This document shows positions 12,685 through 25,469 of a DNA stretch of 64,000 nucleotides, in pieces. The notes beneath the pieces were generated by a model. That model was not told the origin of the DNA, made no database searches, and saw only the letters and a program-made list of their open reading frames with translations. The DNA comes from Felis catus (lineage: Eukaryota). The stretch is from assembly GCF_018350175.1 (NCBI RefSeq), contig NC_058376.1, positions 10,354,001 to 10,418,000 on the forward strand, in the 5' to 3' direction. The first letter of the stretch is position 1, and the number at the start of each line of letters is the position of its first letter. The position numbers and the translations under genes are program-made.

Positions 12685-14337
12685 AGCGTAGATGACTGTG
12701 TGCTTGTACGAGTGTGTGAGGCCTTGCATAAATTTCAAGAAACTGGATGTTCTACAGTCAGAATGATAGATGGCGGAGGAGAGGAAGTATGTGTGTTTGG
12801 CTGAGCCCGGAAAAAACTACAGGCAGAAATAGAAGAATCCGAACTCACTCGGAATTAACCAAGTGGGAATGACAGCTGGTTGCCTTTGTGAAATATATAA
12901 TCTGCTGGCAAGCAAAACCGGCTAATTGAACTCTGATTAAGGGGCTTTTTCTTCTCAGTTCATATTAAACATTTGAGAATTTGTTCACACTTTAGATAAG
13001 ATTCTAAGTAAAATGGAAGAGACGCCTATAAAAATAGGAAATGCTCATCCTAAAATAAATCAGTTGGCCCTGTCTATAAAGGAAAAACATTAGCTAAAAA
13101 GACGCCAAAGTTCTGTTGTCTATGGGATCCACTTCTGCCACAGAAATCCTTAACATGATCTATTTATCCGGAGATAAAGGCATCTCGGGCATTTGTATAA
13201 GACTTGGCTGGCTGCCCTTGGCTTTGCTCACCCTGACTCTGGTGGCTGGCGTTTTGGGGGCCGGACAATGAAGGATGGGTGCCAGTGATTGGCTGTGGCC
13301 ACTCCATTCCAGCCAACATGACTGGCTATTTTGAAATGGTATTTAGCATACTGCCTTGGACCTTTGGGGTGATGTCATCTTATCTGACTGGGAGGAAGTT
13401 GGTTGCTACCAGTTTCCGAATTAATCAGTTCCTCTCTTAGTGAAGTAACAGATTTCACACCAAATAATTGAAGAGCTAAACATTTGAAACCAGGATCACC
13501 ACCTCAAGCATCGCTCAAGCCATCTTTTGGGGGGCCAAAGAGTACCCTGCTCGCACCTTCTTTTATAAGGATCACCAACACATTTTTAATCATCCCGGTT
13601 AATTTTTAATTAGGGGAAGATAATATGAAACATGGAAACCATTCTGCTGCACCTACATTTGTCTGTTTCAAACTACCCCAGCATTCCAGAAGCACTTGTA
13701 AATATTTTTAAAAACACGCTCTGTCATTTGAGATTCTCATCTTCCTCACCTTCAGAAATTGGGTACTTCCAAAATGCACAGCTAAAAATGGGAATTTGAG
13801 AGAATACAGGAAGGTGCACTGGTTATTCAGTGGTCACCTTTGTCCCTTGGTCCCTACAGAAAAGATGTCTGTATCTATTTCGGACCGAGAAACTTTCAAT
13901 GTTATGATTTTTATTCAGATTTCATGCTCACAAATGCTCATCTCATGTCCTGGCACATTGCAAAGGTAAAATCTTTCCTCCTTGTAGGTGAAGTATATCA
14001 AACAATTTATCCTCCTGAGGATAGAAAAGCTTCCTTCTTAGAGTTCAGGAACCCCAACGTCAGAGTTCTGCGGCCCCCGGGATAGATCACAGATTTTCTA
14101 TAGCCAACAACTGGAGAAAGAACACAGTGTGCTTATCTAGAACAGTAGTTTCTGTAGTAGAAATTATAATTTTCTTAAAACCCCATATGAGTATGTTCCA
14201 AAAGGCCTTTCTCAAAGTCCTCTGTACCCTGTTTACTTGGAGCCAGGAAGTAAGACTCATTCCTTTCTGACCCTGCTTTGAAAACATCACTTAGGACTCT
14301 GCGTGCTTTGATAAGAAAACTATAAAGAAATCCTCTT

Positions 14338-14502
14338 GGCGTGCCTGGGTGGCTCAGTCAGTTAGGAATCCGAATTTGGCTCAGGTCAGGTTCTCACGGT
14401 TTGTGGGTTCGAGCCCCGCGTCAGTCTCTGTGCCGACAGCTCGGAGCCTGGAACCTACTCCCGATTCGGTGTCTCCCTCTCTCTGGCCCTCCCCTGCTCA
14501 TG

Positions 14503-14546
<44 letters not shown>

Positions 14547-14568
14547 AATAAATAAACATTAAAAAAAA
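14338..14568 (+). mobile_element. Can-SINE
   Basis: TSD AAAGAAATCCT on both sides. Confidence 0.93.
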
Positions 14569-16056
14569 GAAATCCTGCCAATTCGCTTAAAAAAAAATTC
14601 CTACATCTACTCAAGAGGTGAATGTGCTTCCCCTGCCCCAGTATTCAAGTTAATTCTTTGCAAGGTGATGATTGGAGATCAAGGAGATCATTATTTTAAC
14701 CCCCGTGCCCGCGAACAGGTCTGCATCACAAACCATAAAGCAAAGAGATCACCAGAAGTGAGCCAAACCATCCTGCGGCCTAGGCTGGTTACGTTCACCC
14801 AAACGGTGGCCTTCCCGCATTCAGGTTGGCTTTGTAAAACAAAGATCTAAATCCTGCAGCCATCCAAAGAACCCCATCAGGGGAAGGGGCCAGGCATCCG
14901 CCTTCTGCATCTTCCCCACTGACAGGTCAAGCCGGCTTCCCTACCTGATCTCCATTGCCTGCCTTTGCACAGTCATGAGGAGCTTAGAATAGACATGCTT
15001 TTTTCTGTATGTAGTGGAAAACACCCGTTTAAACAGGATGCTGGACATCACGATGACTGACCCAGAACACGGGCCAGGGCAGACATGAAAGCAGGAGCCC
15101 TTCATTCACAAAGGTTTTCTGGGACCAGCTCCCTCTCAGCCTAAACAGAGTCACGCACGGGCTGGCCCCGATGCTCCCACACTGCTTCCGGAGTGCTTTG
15201 AAAGTTCTGCGGCGCGCGCAGCCTCCGTGGACCGGGGCCACGAGCAGGACTGGGAGTAATTACCCGCCCAAGAGCGTGTTCCTTGAGGAGCAAGCCCTCC
15301 TGCCAGCTACTACCCTTGGGAAGCACGAGGGACAGAACGCAGGCCGTCCCACACCCACTTGCTTTCCTTCCCTTCAGTGGGACAGTTTCAACTGATTCTG
15401 ATTACCCTGGCGCCAAATAAATGAAAACATTTCATAGACGTATAATCATCCATCACTGTGAAGAAAGGAAAAATGTTTCATGTGCAGTGTGTTTATAAAT
15501 ACACTTAATGAAAAAAGGACAGTGCTGTCTTTCCTCCGCAAATCGCTGCCGCTGCTGCTGCTGCTGGCCAGAGAGGCCTGCTCTCGGATCACCCCTCGGG
15601 GCCCCTCCAGCCTGCCCCCTGACATCTCACCCTGGCAGCACCATGGCCCCCGGAGAGCCAAGGTGGAGGACCCGTGCCTGCAAGGCCGCCTCTGAATCTC
15701 TAGCCCCTGTCCCCAGACGGGGGAGACACACGGAGCCAGGGGGGAAGAAAAGGGAAGTGTCTTGGGCATTTAGGAAGGCAAAAGCCAGCCGGTTTTTCCG
15801 TCTGGCTGAAGGCAGCCCAAATGAATGAAGCAGCACCATGTCAAAGAAATTAACAACGGTATGTGCAGAATTAGCACCGCCCTCGGCTTGCGTTGGCTTT
15901 TCAGTAAATCGCAGCTCGGGCTTCGTCCAGCCTGTGAGTTCTGTCAATGCCAAGGGGAAGGGGAAACACGTCTGTGCTGGTTTCGCATCCCATCCGGGGT
16001 GCATACGGTGTGTGATGCCATTTAAGGCAATTTGGGGTTTGGGATGTGTACCTGCA

Positions 16057-16250
16057 GGGCGCCTGGGGGGCTCAGTCGGTCGACTCTTGATTTCGACTCA
16101 ACTCAGGATCTCACGGTTCGTGGGATAAAGCCCCACGTCGGCCTCAGCACTGCCAAGTGCGGACCCTGCTTGGGATTCTCACCCTCCCCCTCTCTCTGCC
16201 CCTCTCCTGCTCCCTCTCTTTCTCTCTCTCGAAATCAATAAATAAACTTC
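16057..16250 (+). mobile_element. Can-SINE
   Basis: Head, (CT)n, AATAAATAAA. Confidence 0.9.
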
Positions 16251-17369
16251 AAAGAGAAAGGATTTGGACGGGCCATGATAAGGCTTCTGGAGGATGCGAT
16301 CCAAAACAACAAACTCTCTCTTCTCCTTTGGGATTCGCACATGTTCTCAGGCCCCGTAAATGCCCCTGGATTGTCTCAGAGGCCTCACAGGCTGACGCCA
16401 AGTTCTCGAAGTGTGGAAAACCGGCGTGGACTGTCTCCCGCACACGGTAAATCAGTTTGGGCCCTCCTTTCCCCCACTGTCACTTCTCGCAACGTGTTCA
16501 ACAGATTCGCATCCACATTTGATGCCTAAACAGAGCCAGACCACTGGGGTAGAGAGGAAACTCCTTCCAAGCCCCTTACGTAAGCAAAGCTTATTTCCAG
16601 TTTAATCACCAGGACTGCCACAAGATGGGGGAAACCCATCCATTCAAATACTCCAAAGTAAGCTGTTACCAATGGCACCCAAGACCATTTCTCACTCCAA
16701 CAAGCGCCAAGATATCACCCCGGGCGGCCGAAGAGGGAAGGGCCCAATCACAGTGACATCACACAATCTGGAAGAAGGGGACTTGGGAATTCATTTTAAG
16801 AGGTTGTTAATCCCTCAAGCAGAAGCAAACGAAAGAGGAGGGTGTTGGGCACGCCGCCCACCTTGGCTGTGGGAGCCACCAGGGCGGGAACAGATGTCTG
16901 CTCTTCCGGAAGGCGAGGGTCTAAAATGTCCCCGCCTCTCGAGCGGGCGCCTCTGATGCCTGGTACGCTGGTCTCAGGATGCATCAGATCCCGTCAGGGA
17001 GTAGAGTGAGAGAAATGCTGTTTATGGGGATTTGCACATTCTCTCCGGGCGCTTCTTCAGAATCTGTCGGTAACCGGAATTGCCAGAAGTCTCTCTCACT
17101 TCAAGTCAGATGACAGCGATGTAGGTTCACACGCGCACCGAGATTTACAATTTACAAAGCAAGTCAGTGTGTTTATTTCACCGGCGTCTCCCGACAACCT
17201 TGGGAAGACCTAAAACTGTGATTAAGGCCGCGGTGTGGCACAACATGGCACGTTTGTGGTCACGCAGCTGTAGAAAGGGCAGGGACCCTGAGCCGGCTAC
17301 TCCGCCCTGCACCCCCCCCCCCCACCTTCCCCCTTCATGACACGGCTTCTGATGCGTCTTTGCTTTATT

Positions 17370-17865
17370 CTAGTCGTGGCGGATCGCATACTCATGCCTT
17401 TTCACACGACTCTGCTGCCCTTCCCGGGAGGAGATGCAACCCGTTTTCCCCACCCCTTGAATCAGGGCTGGCCTGTGACTTGGGTTTGGCCAAGAGACTA
17501 CAGTACAAATGACAGGGTGCCAGTTCGAAGCCTAGACGTCAGAAGCCGTGTACGTTTCGGCGTGCCTTCTTCTCTGTCACCTCCAGCACCATGAGAAGCT
17601 GCCTGGAGGATGAGACAGCGGATGAAAGAGAGACAGGCCGTCCCAAGCCAGCCGAGCCCCAACACGGGGGAGCCCAGCCAGGGTCCAGAGCTGCCTAGCC
17701 GAGCTGCAGCTGACAGGTGATGCCTGAGCGAGCCCAACTGAGATGGGAAGAACTGCCCCGGTGACTCGTAGACCCGAGACCAACACCAAGGGTCCATTGT
17801 TAGAAGCACTCAGGACTTGGGGATGTTTTTAATTCGGTAGGACTATGGCAATGGATAACCGATAC
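17370..17865 (+). mobile_element. MLT1F/G/H-like solo LTR
   Basis: CCCTTGAATCAGGGCTGGCCTGTGACTTG...GGCAATGGATAACCGATAC. Confidence 0.75.
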
Positions 17866-17868
17866 GCC

Positions 17869-18026
17869 GGGCGCCCGGGTGGCTCGGTCAGTTAAGTGTC
17901 TGATCGGCTCAGGTCATGATCTCGTGGTCCGTGAGTTCGAGCCCCGCGTGGGGCTCTGTGCTGACAGCTCAGAGCCTGGAACCTGCTTCAGATTCTGTGC
18001 CTCCCTCTCTCTCTGCCCCCCACCCC

Positions 18027-18072
<46 letters not shown>

Positions 18073-18099
18073 ACTCAATAAACATTAATTTTTTTTTAA
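17869..18099 (+). mobile_element. Can-SINE
   Basis: Degenerate TSD GATAAC(C/T)GAT. Confidence 0.93.
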
Positions 18100-18774
18100 A
18101 TAGATAACTGATGTGCCAGTCAACAAAAAAGGGATGGGCTCCTACCACATTCTAAGTTCTTAAGGGATCATAGCAAAGAATGAGACACGCCCTTGGGCTC
18201 CAAATTTTATAGTCTGTCAGGGAAGATAGGCATGGCCATTGACGACTCTGATCTAGGGTGATACACGATACCCATCGCATGAGTGGTTCGAAAGCGCCCG
18301 GAGTGTTTGGAGGAAGGAAAAATTTAATGTTCATTTTGAATCACTTTATGGACAATCTAGTTATCTACTAAATCATCCCCTTCTCTCATTGAATGAGATC
18401 TAATATGGCCTAAATGCATCCTATCTTTTATAAAGGCACGCCCAAACACAGGCTTGGGCATGGTCAACTTACGTTATCCCTCAAAAATGCTGTTTAAATC
18501 TCCAATGGGAACGTATGAACCCTCTGTAGTAGAGATGAGCACATTACAGGCAATGGACACTGTAGAGACAAGAAAGACCATGAAACTCGGGTACCACGTC
18601 CTATGGACCCTCTGCACGTTAGTGAAAATATTTCTCTTAACCTTTAGCAAATGACCCCAGTGCTGAGCTACAAAGCATGTGAAATCAGAATTGCTATTGC
18701 AACAGATCACCTCTTTCTCATTTTAGCCGACTCTTGGATGAAGATTAAATACAAAGAGTGAAGGTAAAGATGTG

Positions 18775-18970
18775 GAATATTCTGGGCACTACTGTGTAGT
18801 CATGACTGGCCACAGAATCTGCAGTCAACCTGCCTGGGCTTGATACCCTGGTTCCCCCACTTTCTATCTAGGTGGTTTGGAAATTATTTAGTCTCTTTAC
18901 GCCTCAGTTTTCTCATCTGGAAAATGGGAAGAAATACACGTTTGTGAGAATTGAGTACAAGGCACTTAGT
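18775..18970 (+). mobile_element. MIR
   Basis: GCCTCAGTTTTCTCATCTGGAAAATGGG core. Confidence 0.75.
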
Positions 18971-19110
18971 GGGGGGTGGGGGGTGGGGGGAGTGAACTAA
19001 TGATAGTTACCAGTATAATTAGTGAACTTTTAATGAATTCAATTGTTGGTGAAGTTAACACCCAGCGTTTTCCTAATATTTTTTGTTTTCTTTTTAAAAT
19101 AAGAAGTCCT

Positions 19111-19352
19111 GGGGCGCCTGGGTGGCGCAGTCGGTTAAGCGTCCGACTTCAGCCAGGTCACGATCTCGCGGTCCGTGAGTTCGAGCCCCGCGTCGGGCTC
19201 TGGGCTGATGGCTCAGAGCCTGGAGCCTGTTTCCGATTCTGTGTCTCCCTCTCTCTCTGCCCCTCCCCCGTTCATGCTCTGTCTCTCTCTGTCCCAAAAA
19301 TAAATAAACGTTGAAAAAAAAATTTAAAAAAATAAATAAATAAATAAATAAA
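19111..19352 (+). mobile_element. Young SINEC_Fc-type element
   Basis: Intact CpGs; (AAAT)n tail. Confidence 0.96.
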
Positions 19353-20011
19353 ATAAGAACTACTTTTAAGTGATCCAAGATCATTAATTTGAAAATTGAA
19401 ATGCATAGAGTCATTCTTTTCTCTTTCTGTTCGTAAAAAGAAACATCTTTCCAAGTGAAAATGTGGTCACCAAAGCAGGAAGAAATATTTCTTGCTATTA
19501 TTATTATTTTATGTCTTTATAGTCTAGTTACTTAGTTTGGTTGAGTTGCAAAACTTCATTTGTCCACAACTACCTGAAACATTGGGCTAACTTGTTTTGG
19601 AGTATAGGTCTATTATCAGATTTAAGAACTTATTAAAAACAGAGTTAAGCCATTTGCCGATTAATAATATAAATGATGTACTCAGGATCATGTGCTCAAG
19701 TTTAAGGAATTTTCCTTCCCTACTCCTGAACCCAAGTGCATATAAAATTCCAAGTGCGAAAGAATAACAAGGGGGGGAAATGACACTGAGTCCCCCATGT
19801 AGAAAGTTCTGGTCAGACACTATGTAAATCAGAAATATGTTTGCAGTGTTCCCCACCTAGATATTTTGGGGAAGGAAAACACCCGAAAACCCATTATCTA
19901 CCTCTCCAACAACATAATACGGTGTCAAAATCTAGAGAGATTTTACATATCTGCCCAGAAGAGAAAAGCTACTAAGGTATAAAAAAGTTAGTAAGAGTAA
20001 CTAATATTATT

Positions 20012-20233
20012 TTTTTTTTAACTGGAATTTCAACGTTTATTTATTTTTGGGACAGAGAGAGACAGAACATGAACGGGGGAGGGGCAGAGAGAGAGGGAGA
20101 CACAGAATCGGAAACAGGCTCCAGGCTCTGAGCCATCAGCCCAGAGCCCGACGCGGGGCTCGAACTCACGGACCGCGAGATCGTGACCTGGCTGAAGTCG
20201 GACGCTTAACCGACTGCGCCACCCAGGCGCCCC
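20012..20233 (-). mobile_element. Young SINEC_Fc-type element
   Basis: Perfect 19-bp TSD AAGAGTAACTAATATTATT (19993-20011 and 20234-20252). Confidence 0.97.
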
Positions 20234-20372
20234 AAGAGTAACTAATATTATTAAGGAAATAAAGGGGACATTTGGTGAGAGATAAATTTAATTAAATGTA
20301 CGCGGTTAGCGTGGTAAGCTAAAGGGCAAAGGATGTGATTTGGGTTTTAACCCTTACAAGGGTTACAAACTA

Positions 20373-20575
20373 GGAGCACCAGGGTGGCTCAGCCGGTTGA
20401 GCGTCTGACTTCAGCTCAGGTCACGCTCTCACAGCTCGTGAGTTCGAGCCCCGCGTCGGGCTCTGTGCTGATAGCTCAGAGCCTGGAGCCTGCTTCACAT
20501 TCTGTGTCTCCCTCTCCCCCTCGAGGTCTGTCTCTTTCTCTGAAAAATAAATAAACATTAAAAAAAATATTTTTT
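20373..20575 (+). mobile_element. Can-SINE
   Basis: Degenerate TSD GGTTACAAA(C/T)TAGG. Confidence 0.92.
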
Positions 20576-21844
20576 AAGGTTACAAATTAGGGTAACCACT
20601 AAGTCAATAGCAACTCAGAAAATGCTCTAAGTAGAGGCCAGCGCTTGAAGTTGAAGGCAGGTGTTAGAAGTAGAACACAATGTTACCCTGCACAGCACAT
20701 AATACATGTCTAGAACCCTGTGTCCTTAAAACAAAACTTTCCGCTCTTTTGATAAGTACCCCCAGAACAGGAACCCTGTCTTACCCATGCCGGAAACTGC
20801 CAACTGCTTCCGCCAGCACCCAGCCCAGAAAGCAACATGGATTGGGTACTTCTGAAACGTCTGTTAAGTGAATAAGTAAAAGAATTGGCAAATTTAGATA
20901 AATGTGTGTACGGCAGATCCGTAATAATTAGTAAGGGAACAGAGGTTGTTTTGGATGCAATCCTTAACTGTTTAGTACATGAAATATATACTCTTCCTAT
21001 AAAAATCAACCAACTATCAAAAAAGGAATAAGTAGTATCAGAGAAAGAGAGAACAACGAGTCAGGTTGTTTTGATTGGAGCCAGCACATCAGTCAGTAGG
21101 GGCTCAATTACGGCCACCAACCCAAATCTCGGTCACGTACAACCACAGCGATTGGTATGTCCTCACTTTATTTGTCAGCTACCCTTTGGTGGTGGCTCTG
21201 TTCCTCGTCCTTGAACAAGCAGCCCGAGCCACGGCATTGCCAGTCTCACGGGAGAAAGACATCTACAGGAGTGAGACACGTGATAGGGAGGCACAGGAGA
21301 GCCTAGAGAATATTCTGGACAATAGTTCAGTCCAATCACCCGACAAGATAACTCTGATTTCGAGCTCGTTAATGATAACCATTTCTTCCCACACATCTGT
21401 AATCTTCGTTACTTTTCTGATAATTTTTGCAGAACTGCTTAAAAGAAATGCTTTTGGCATTTGGGGACCAAACTAGAGTATGGCAAATAAGAACAATTTG
21501 CTTACGTCGTTCGCTATTTGTGGGAGGGAGCATGAACATAAAATCTGCTCAGTCTTCCCCTATGAGGTTTGAGAGGCAATCATGTTTCGCTTTCTTCATC
21601 ATTTATACAACAGCTCCCACAGACAGCACAGATAGCCCATTAATCGGCAGCTTTGTGTTAAATAGCAATACAAAGTTACCACCGAATAAGAGTTAATGTG
21701 TGTATATGTAAAATGGAGCCTGATACCCAGAATGTTCTCAATAAACGCGCTGAATGAGTGCAGAACTCAGTCTCTACGGCATGAAATGGCGGTGGTGTTT
21801 TCAGATGTCTCTCCTTACACCCTCACCCCCCGGCCTTCTCTTTT

Positions 21845-22057
21845 TGTTTTTTTAATTTTTATTATTTTTTATTATTATTTTGAGAGAAAGACCCCGAGTT
21901 CGCAGAGGGTTGGGGAGGCAGAGGGAGTGAGAGAGTCTCAAGCAGGCTCCACAGTCAGCGTTCATCCTGACTCAGGGCTCGATCTCACGACCCCGAGATC
22001 ACGATCTGAACGGAAACCCAGAGTCAGACGCTCGACCGAATGAGCGACCCAGGCCCC
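21845..22057 (-). mobile_element. Older Can-SINE
   Basis: T tail, (GA)-rich body, GACCCAGGCCCC end; TSD CCTTCTCT. Confidence 0.85.
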
Positions 22058-22139
22058 TTGACCTTCTCTTTCTAATGCCCCTTTGGGATTTTTCCACCAA
22101 AGCTTTCCCTGGGTCAAAAAAAAAAAAAAGATACACTCT

Positions 22140-22310
22140 TTCTTTTCACAATTTTGCCACTAAGTATTTCATAGGTGATTACACGAAAAGTCCAAACTTT
22201 TCCCGAAGCTTGTACCATTTTATGTTCCTCCAGCAATGCATCCGTTCTGGGTGTTCCACATCCTTGCAAACATTCAAGGTAGTCAGTCCTTTTGATACTC
22301 ACCTACCCTG
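22140..22310 (-). mobile_element. Old L1M fragment
   Basis: TTGTACCATTTTATGTTCCTCCAGCAATG...CCACATCCTTGCAAAC. Confidence 0.65.
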
Positions 22311-22339
22311 TCCCCCAGAAATGTCACTCTGATCAAGTT

Positions 22340-22900
22340 ATCCACGAGAAATACATTCCATAGAAAAAAAAATTCCATAAAACACTTATGCAAATGTATT
22401 TGTAGCAGAATTGTTTATAGTAGCTCAAAACTGGAAATGACCCAAATGTCCATCAGTAGGAGAACTAAACAAATTGAGGTATGTTCACACGGAACAATAA
22501 CTCAGCAACTATAAAGAGGGGAGAGCTGATCTACTCAACAAAAGAATCTAGACACGTACTGTATGATCCATTTCTATGAAGTTCTAGAACAGTCAAAACT
22601 ACAGTGAAAGAAAACGGAGAACAGCGGTTTCCTCGTGGGGGTGGGGTGGGCTGTGAATTTTCTAAGGACTTCCGTGAAGTGGTGGAAATATACTGTATCT
22701 TGATAAGGGTGTGGATTACATAGATGCATCCATGGGTCAAAGATGCACAGTTTAGGGGCGCCTGGCTGGCTCAGTCGGTAGAGCGTGCGACTCTTGATCT
22801 TAGGGTCGTGAGTTCAAGCCCCACGTTGGGCACAGAGATGGAGAAATAAACAAACAAACAAACTTTAAAAAGAAAACAGCTTCATGGATGACACAAATTT
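22340..22900 (+). mobile_element. Old L1M 3' end with a short SINE inserted
   Basis: CAAAACTGGAAATGACCCAAATGTCCATCAGTAGG...TGTATCTTGATAAGGGTG. Confidence 0.75.
22755..22872 (+). mobile_element. Short tRNA-Lys(CTT)-derived Can-SINE lacking the (CT)n body
   Basis: GCCTGGCTGGCTCAGTCGGTAGAGCGTGCGACTCTTGATCTTAGGGTCGTGAGTTCAAGCCCCACGTTGGGC plus GGGGC leader and A-rich tail. Confidence 0.85.
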
Positions 22901-23789
22901 AGTTAAGTTCTGCCTCCTTCCGTTTATTCAGTAGCTTTCCCAGCACCGGGCATGACCTGTGGCCGCTGTTTGCGCAAAATAAATCAGGACAGAAACTTCC
23001 TGAGTTCTCCATCTTTGGCAGCAAGGAAACCAGCTGTCCCAAGACAGAAGGGGGAGGGAGTCCTTGACTCAGTCCCAGAGCCTGGCCCCTGACAGGAGCC
23101 CCGAGCAAAGCCAGGGGCCAGCAGCAGCCCACCTCGGGGGTTTTGTTGTTTGAGCCTTTGCCGCCTGCCCGTGGTGGCTGGTAATTGCTGGGTGCGTTGT
23201 GTTCCTTTGGTCTCTCAGGTGTATTTCCTCAACCAACATGAAAAGAAAATGATAAGGGGCAAGGGCATGGAGGTGTTTATGTTTTCGGCTCTAGCCAATT
23301 GCTTGAGCCCCAAGACAAAAGCCAGTGCAGATGGAAGGAGGCCAGACTATACAATGGAAACCCCAGCCTGTCCCCGCAGAACGGGCCCAGCACCCAGCTG
23401 TCGTCCACTTCCATTCGTGTCGCCGACACCCAGCAATTAGCACGCCCGGGTTCTCCTTTGGAAAAGAAGCTTGAGAGGACAATACCACAGCGAGTCCTCC
23501 TGGACAGGAAAGCAGGTGAATCCAGCTTGGAAAAAAAGGCAAAGGTAAATGATCCTTTTCGCCATTGCTTCTTACTGTTGGACAAACCACCGGCATGGTA
23601 TGAAAGAACTGCTCCTGAAAGGGTACAAGATAAAGGGAAAAACAAAACCAAAAACAAGTCCATCCCAGCCTGCAGTGATCGAAGTGCACGGACGTACTAT
23701 ATTATTTTCTCCTGTATACTTAAATTGACCCCAAAGTCTCTGGCTTCTTGGGTGATATATGTACATGCACGTCTTACATCTGGACTGTC

Positions 23790-24042
23790 AGTGAGGACGG
23801 CCAGAGAAAATACAGGACACCCAGTTAAATCTGAATTTCAGTTAAACTGTGAATAATTCTTTAAGAATCCCCTATGTACTATCTGAGATTTACTAGGAAC
23901 TGAATTCATTTTTTACCTTTAAAATTCAAAGTTAACAATGCATTCTTTTTTTTTCTTTCTTTCTTCCTTTTTTTATTTTATTTTATTTATTTATTTATTT
24001 TATTTATTTATTTATTTATTTTTTGGCTAAATCTGGCATCCC
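23790..24042. mobile_element. MER3/MER33-like hAT-Charlie fossil with internal (TTTA)n
   Basis: AAAATACAGGACACCCAGTTAAATCTGAATTTCAG...GCTAAATCTGGCATCCC. Confidence 0.7.
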
Positions 24043-24867
24043 GACCCCCGCGGCATGACAGAAGCGTATATATATTCGGTAGAGATAAACTTGAACTCGA
24101 CAGGAAGTGATAGACTGAAAATACAGCACTCCATTCGGGTGATGGCTTGAAGTGCAGTGAAATCACCTAATTGTTCCGAATGTCTCCAGCTCACGCTAAA
24201 AGAAGAAAAATGAGCTAAGGCTCATTTGCTCATTGGGTAAGCGATGTGAATAACAATGAAAACCTTGGAGTTAAAAGATGTGTCGTTTTTAGTAGCTGGA
24301 GCGTTCTGAGCCGAAAGGAACTCACCGCCCACTTCTTATCGCCTTAATAACTAGTTCCTAGGTAGTCCAGGGAGGGCACTGTCCCTGACACAGCACAGGA
24401 GGCGGAATTGCCAACACGGGAGTCATACCTGCACCTTACCTTGAATTTCCTTTGGCATCTCTGTAAAGGGCACTCTGGGAGGCATGCCATCCTAAAGGGA
24501 TTAGACCTTTTAATCGGCATGACTCCATGGTTTTATCTAACTGACCTGGGAGCTAGAAGCTTAGAAGGGTGTTGAACACTTGAGCAGAGCTGAGAAAAAG
24601 GCCGGTACTCTGTAGGATTCAAGACACATAGCAGCACATTTCCAGTGCAGGCATCAAACAAGTTAATCCCTTCATCTTAAGAGGCTAAAGGAAAAAGAAT
24701 GAATCATTTGATTTATCATTAAATCCGTTATCTCCTCTGGGTCTGCCCTTTGTGTGGTCCACTAACTACAAGAACAGGGAACACAGAAAGGTGATATGTT
24801 TGAGCTTGCTTGCACATCAGTGCCAAGTGAGGGCAGAGCTTAGTGAAATCAATAGCCTGGATTCAAC

Positions 24868-24917
24868 TGTGTGTGTGTGTGTGTGTGTGCGTGTGTGTGT
24901 GTATGTGTGTGTGTGTA
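24868..24917. repeat. (TG)n microsatellite
   Basis: Direct reading. Confidence 0.95.
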
Positions 24918-25469
24918 TCTGACTGTGCGGGTCTAGATAGTTTTGCAGAGAAATGTAATACAAGCTAATTTAGATGCTGGAAAAAAATCATGTTAAATTC
25001 CATTTTTCTTAACTTACTAAGATACAACTTTAGATTCTTCTTGAACAAATAGAGCGCCACATAAGGTGCGATCAGAGTCAGAAAGTTTCTTAAGACTCTG
25101 TTTCCTGGGAAAATCTTTTGATTGCTTCCAATTACCGTAAAAATAGTAGAGATTTAGTAAATGTTTATCAGGTAATAAGTACTATATTAACTGTGTCATA
25201 CATTGACTCAAACAAGCCTTTTTGAGTCTCAAGCCATTAGGTAGTCTACCCTGACTCAATAAGTAACATCCAGATCCTGGCTGTATCTGTTTTAAATTGG
25301 TCAACAGAGTATTGCTAAGGGGGATAAAAAAAATAACAAATAAATAAATCCCACTGCTCCTCATCCGGAGCTGTGGGGACCGATATACAGAAGAGTTCCC
25401 ATCATTGATAAAGTTACGGTTACTTTGGTCATAAAGAATTCATAGATTTAATTACACAAGTCACTTGAT

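Noticed and set aside
19096-19360. Mismatched TSD (AAAATAAGAAGTCCT vs AAAATAAGAACTACT) around a young SINE as evidence of gene conversion
   Set aside because: A shorter 10-bp TSD explains it equally well.
22760-22832. Functional tRNA-Lys gene
   Set aside because: SINE leader, A-rich tail, about 9 substitutions, and inserted in an L1.
23299-23856. 185-aa ORF (likewise 33126-33716 and 50049-50603)
   Set aside because: Non-ATG or weak starts, no recognisable family; the 50049 ORF runs through a MIR.
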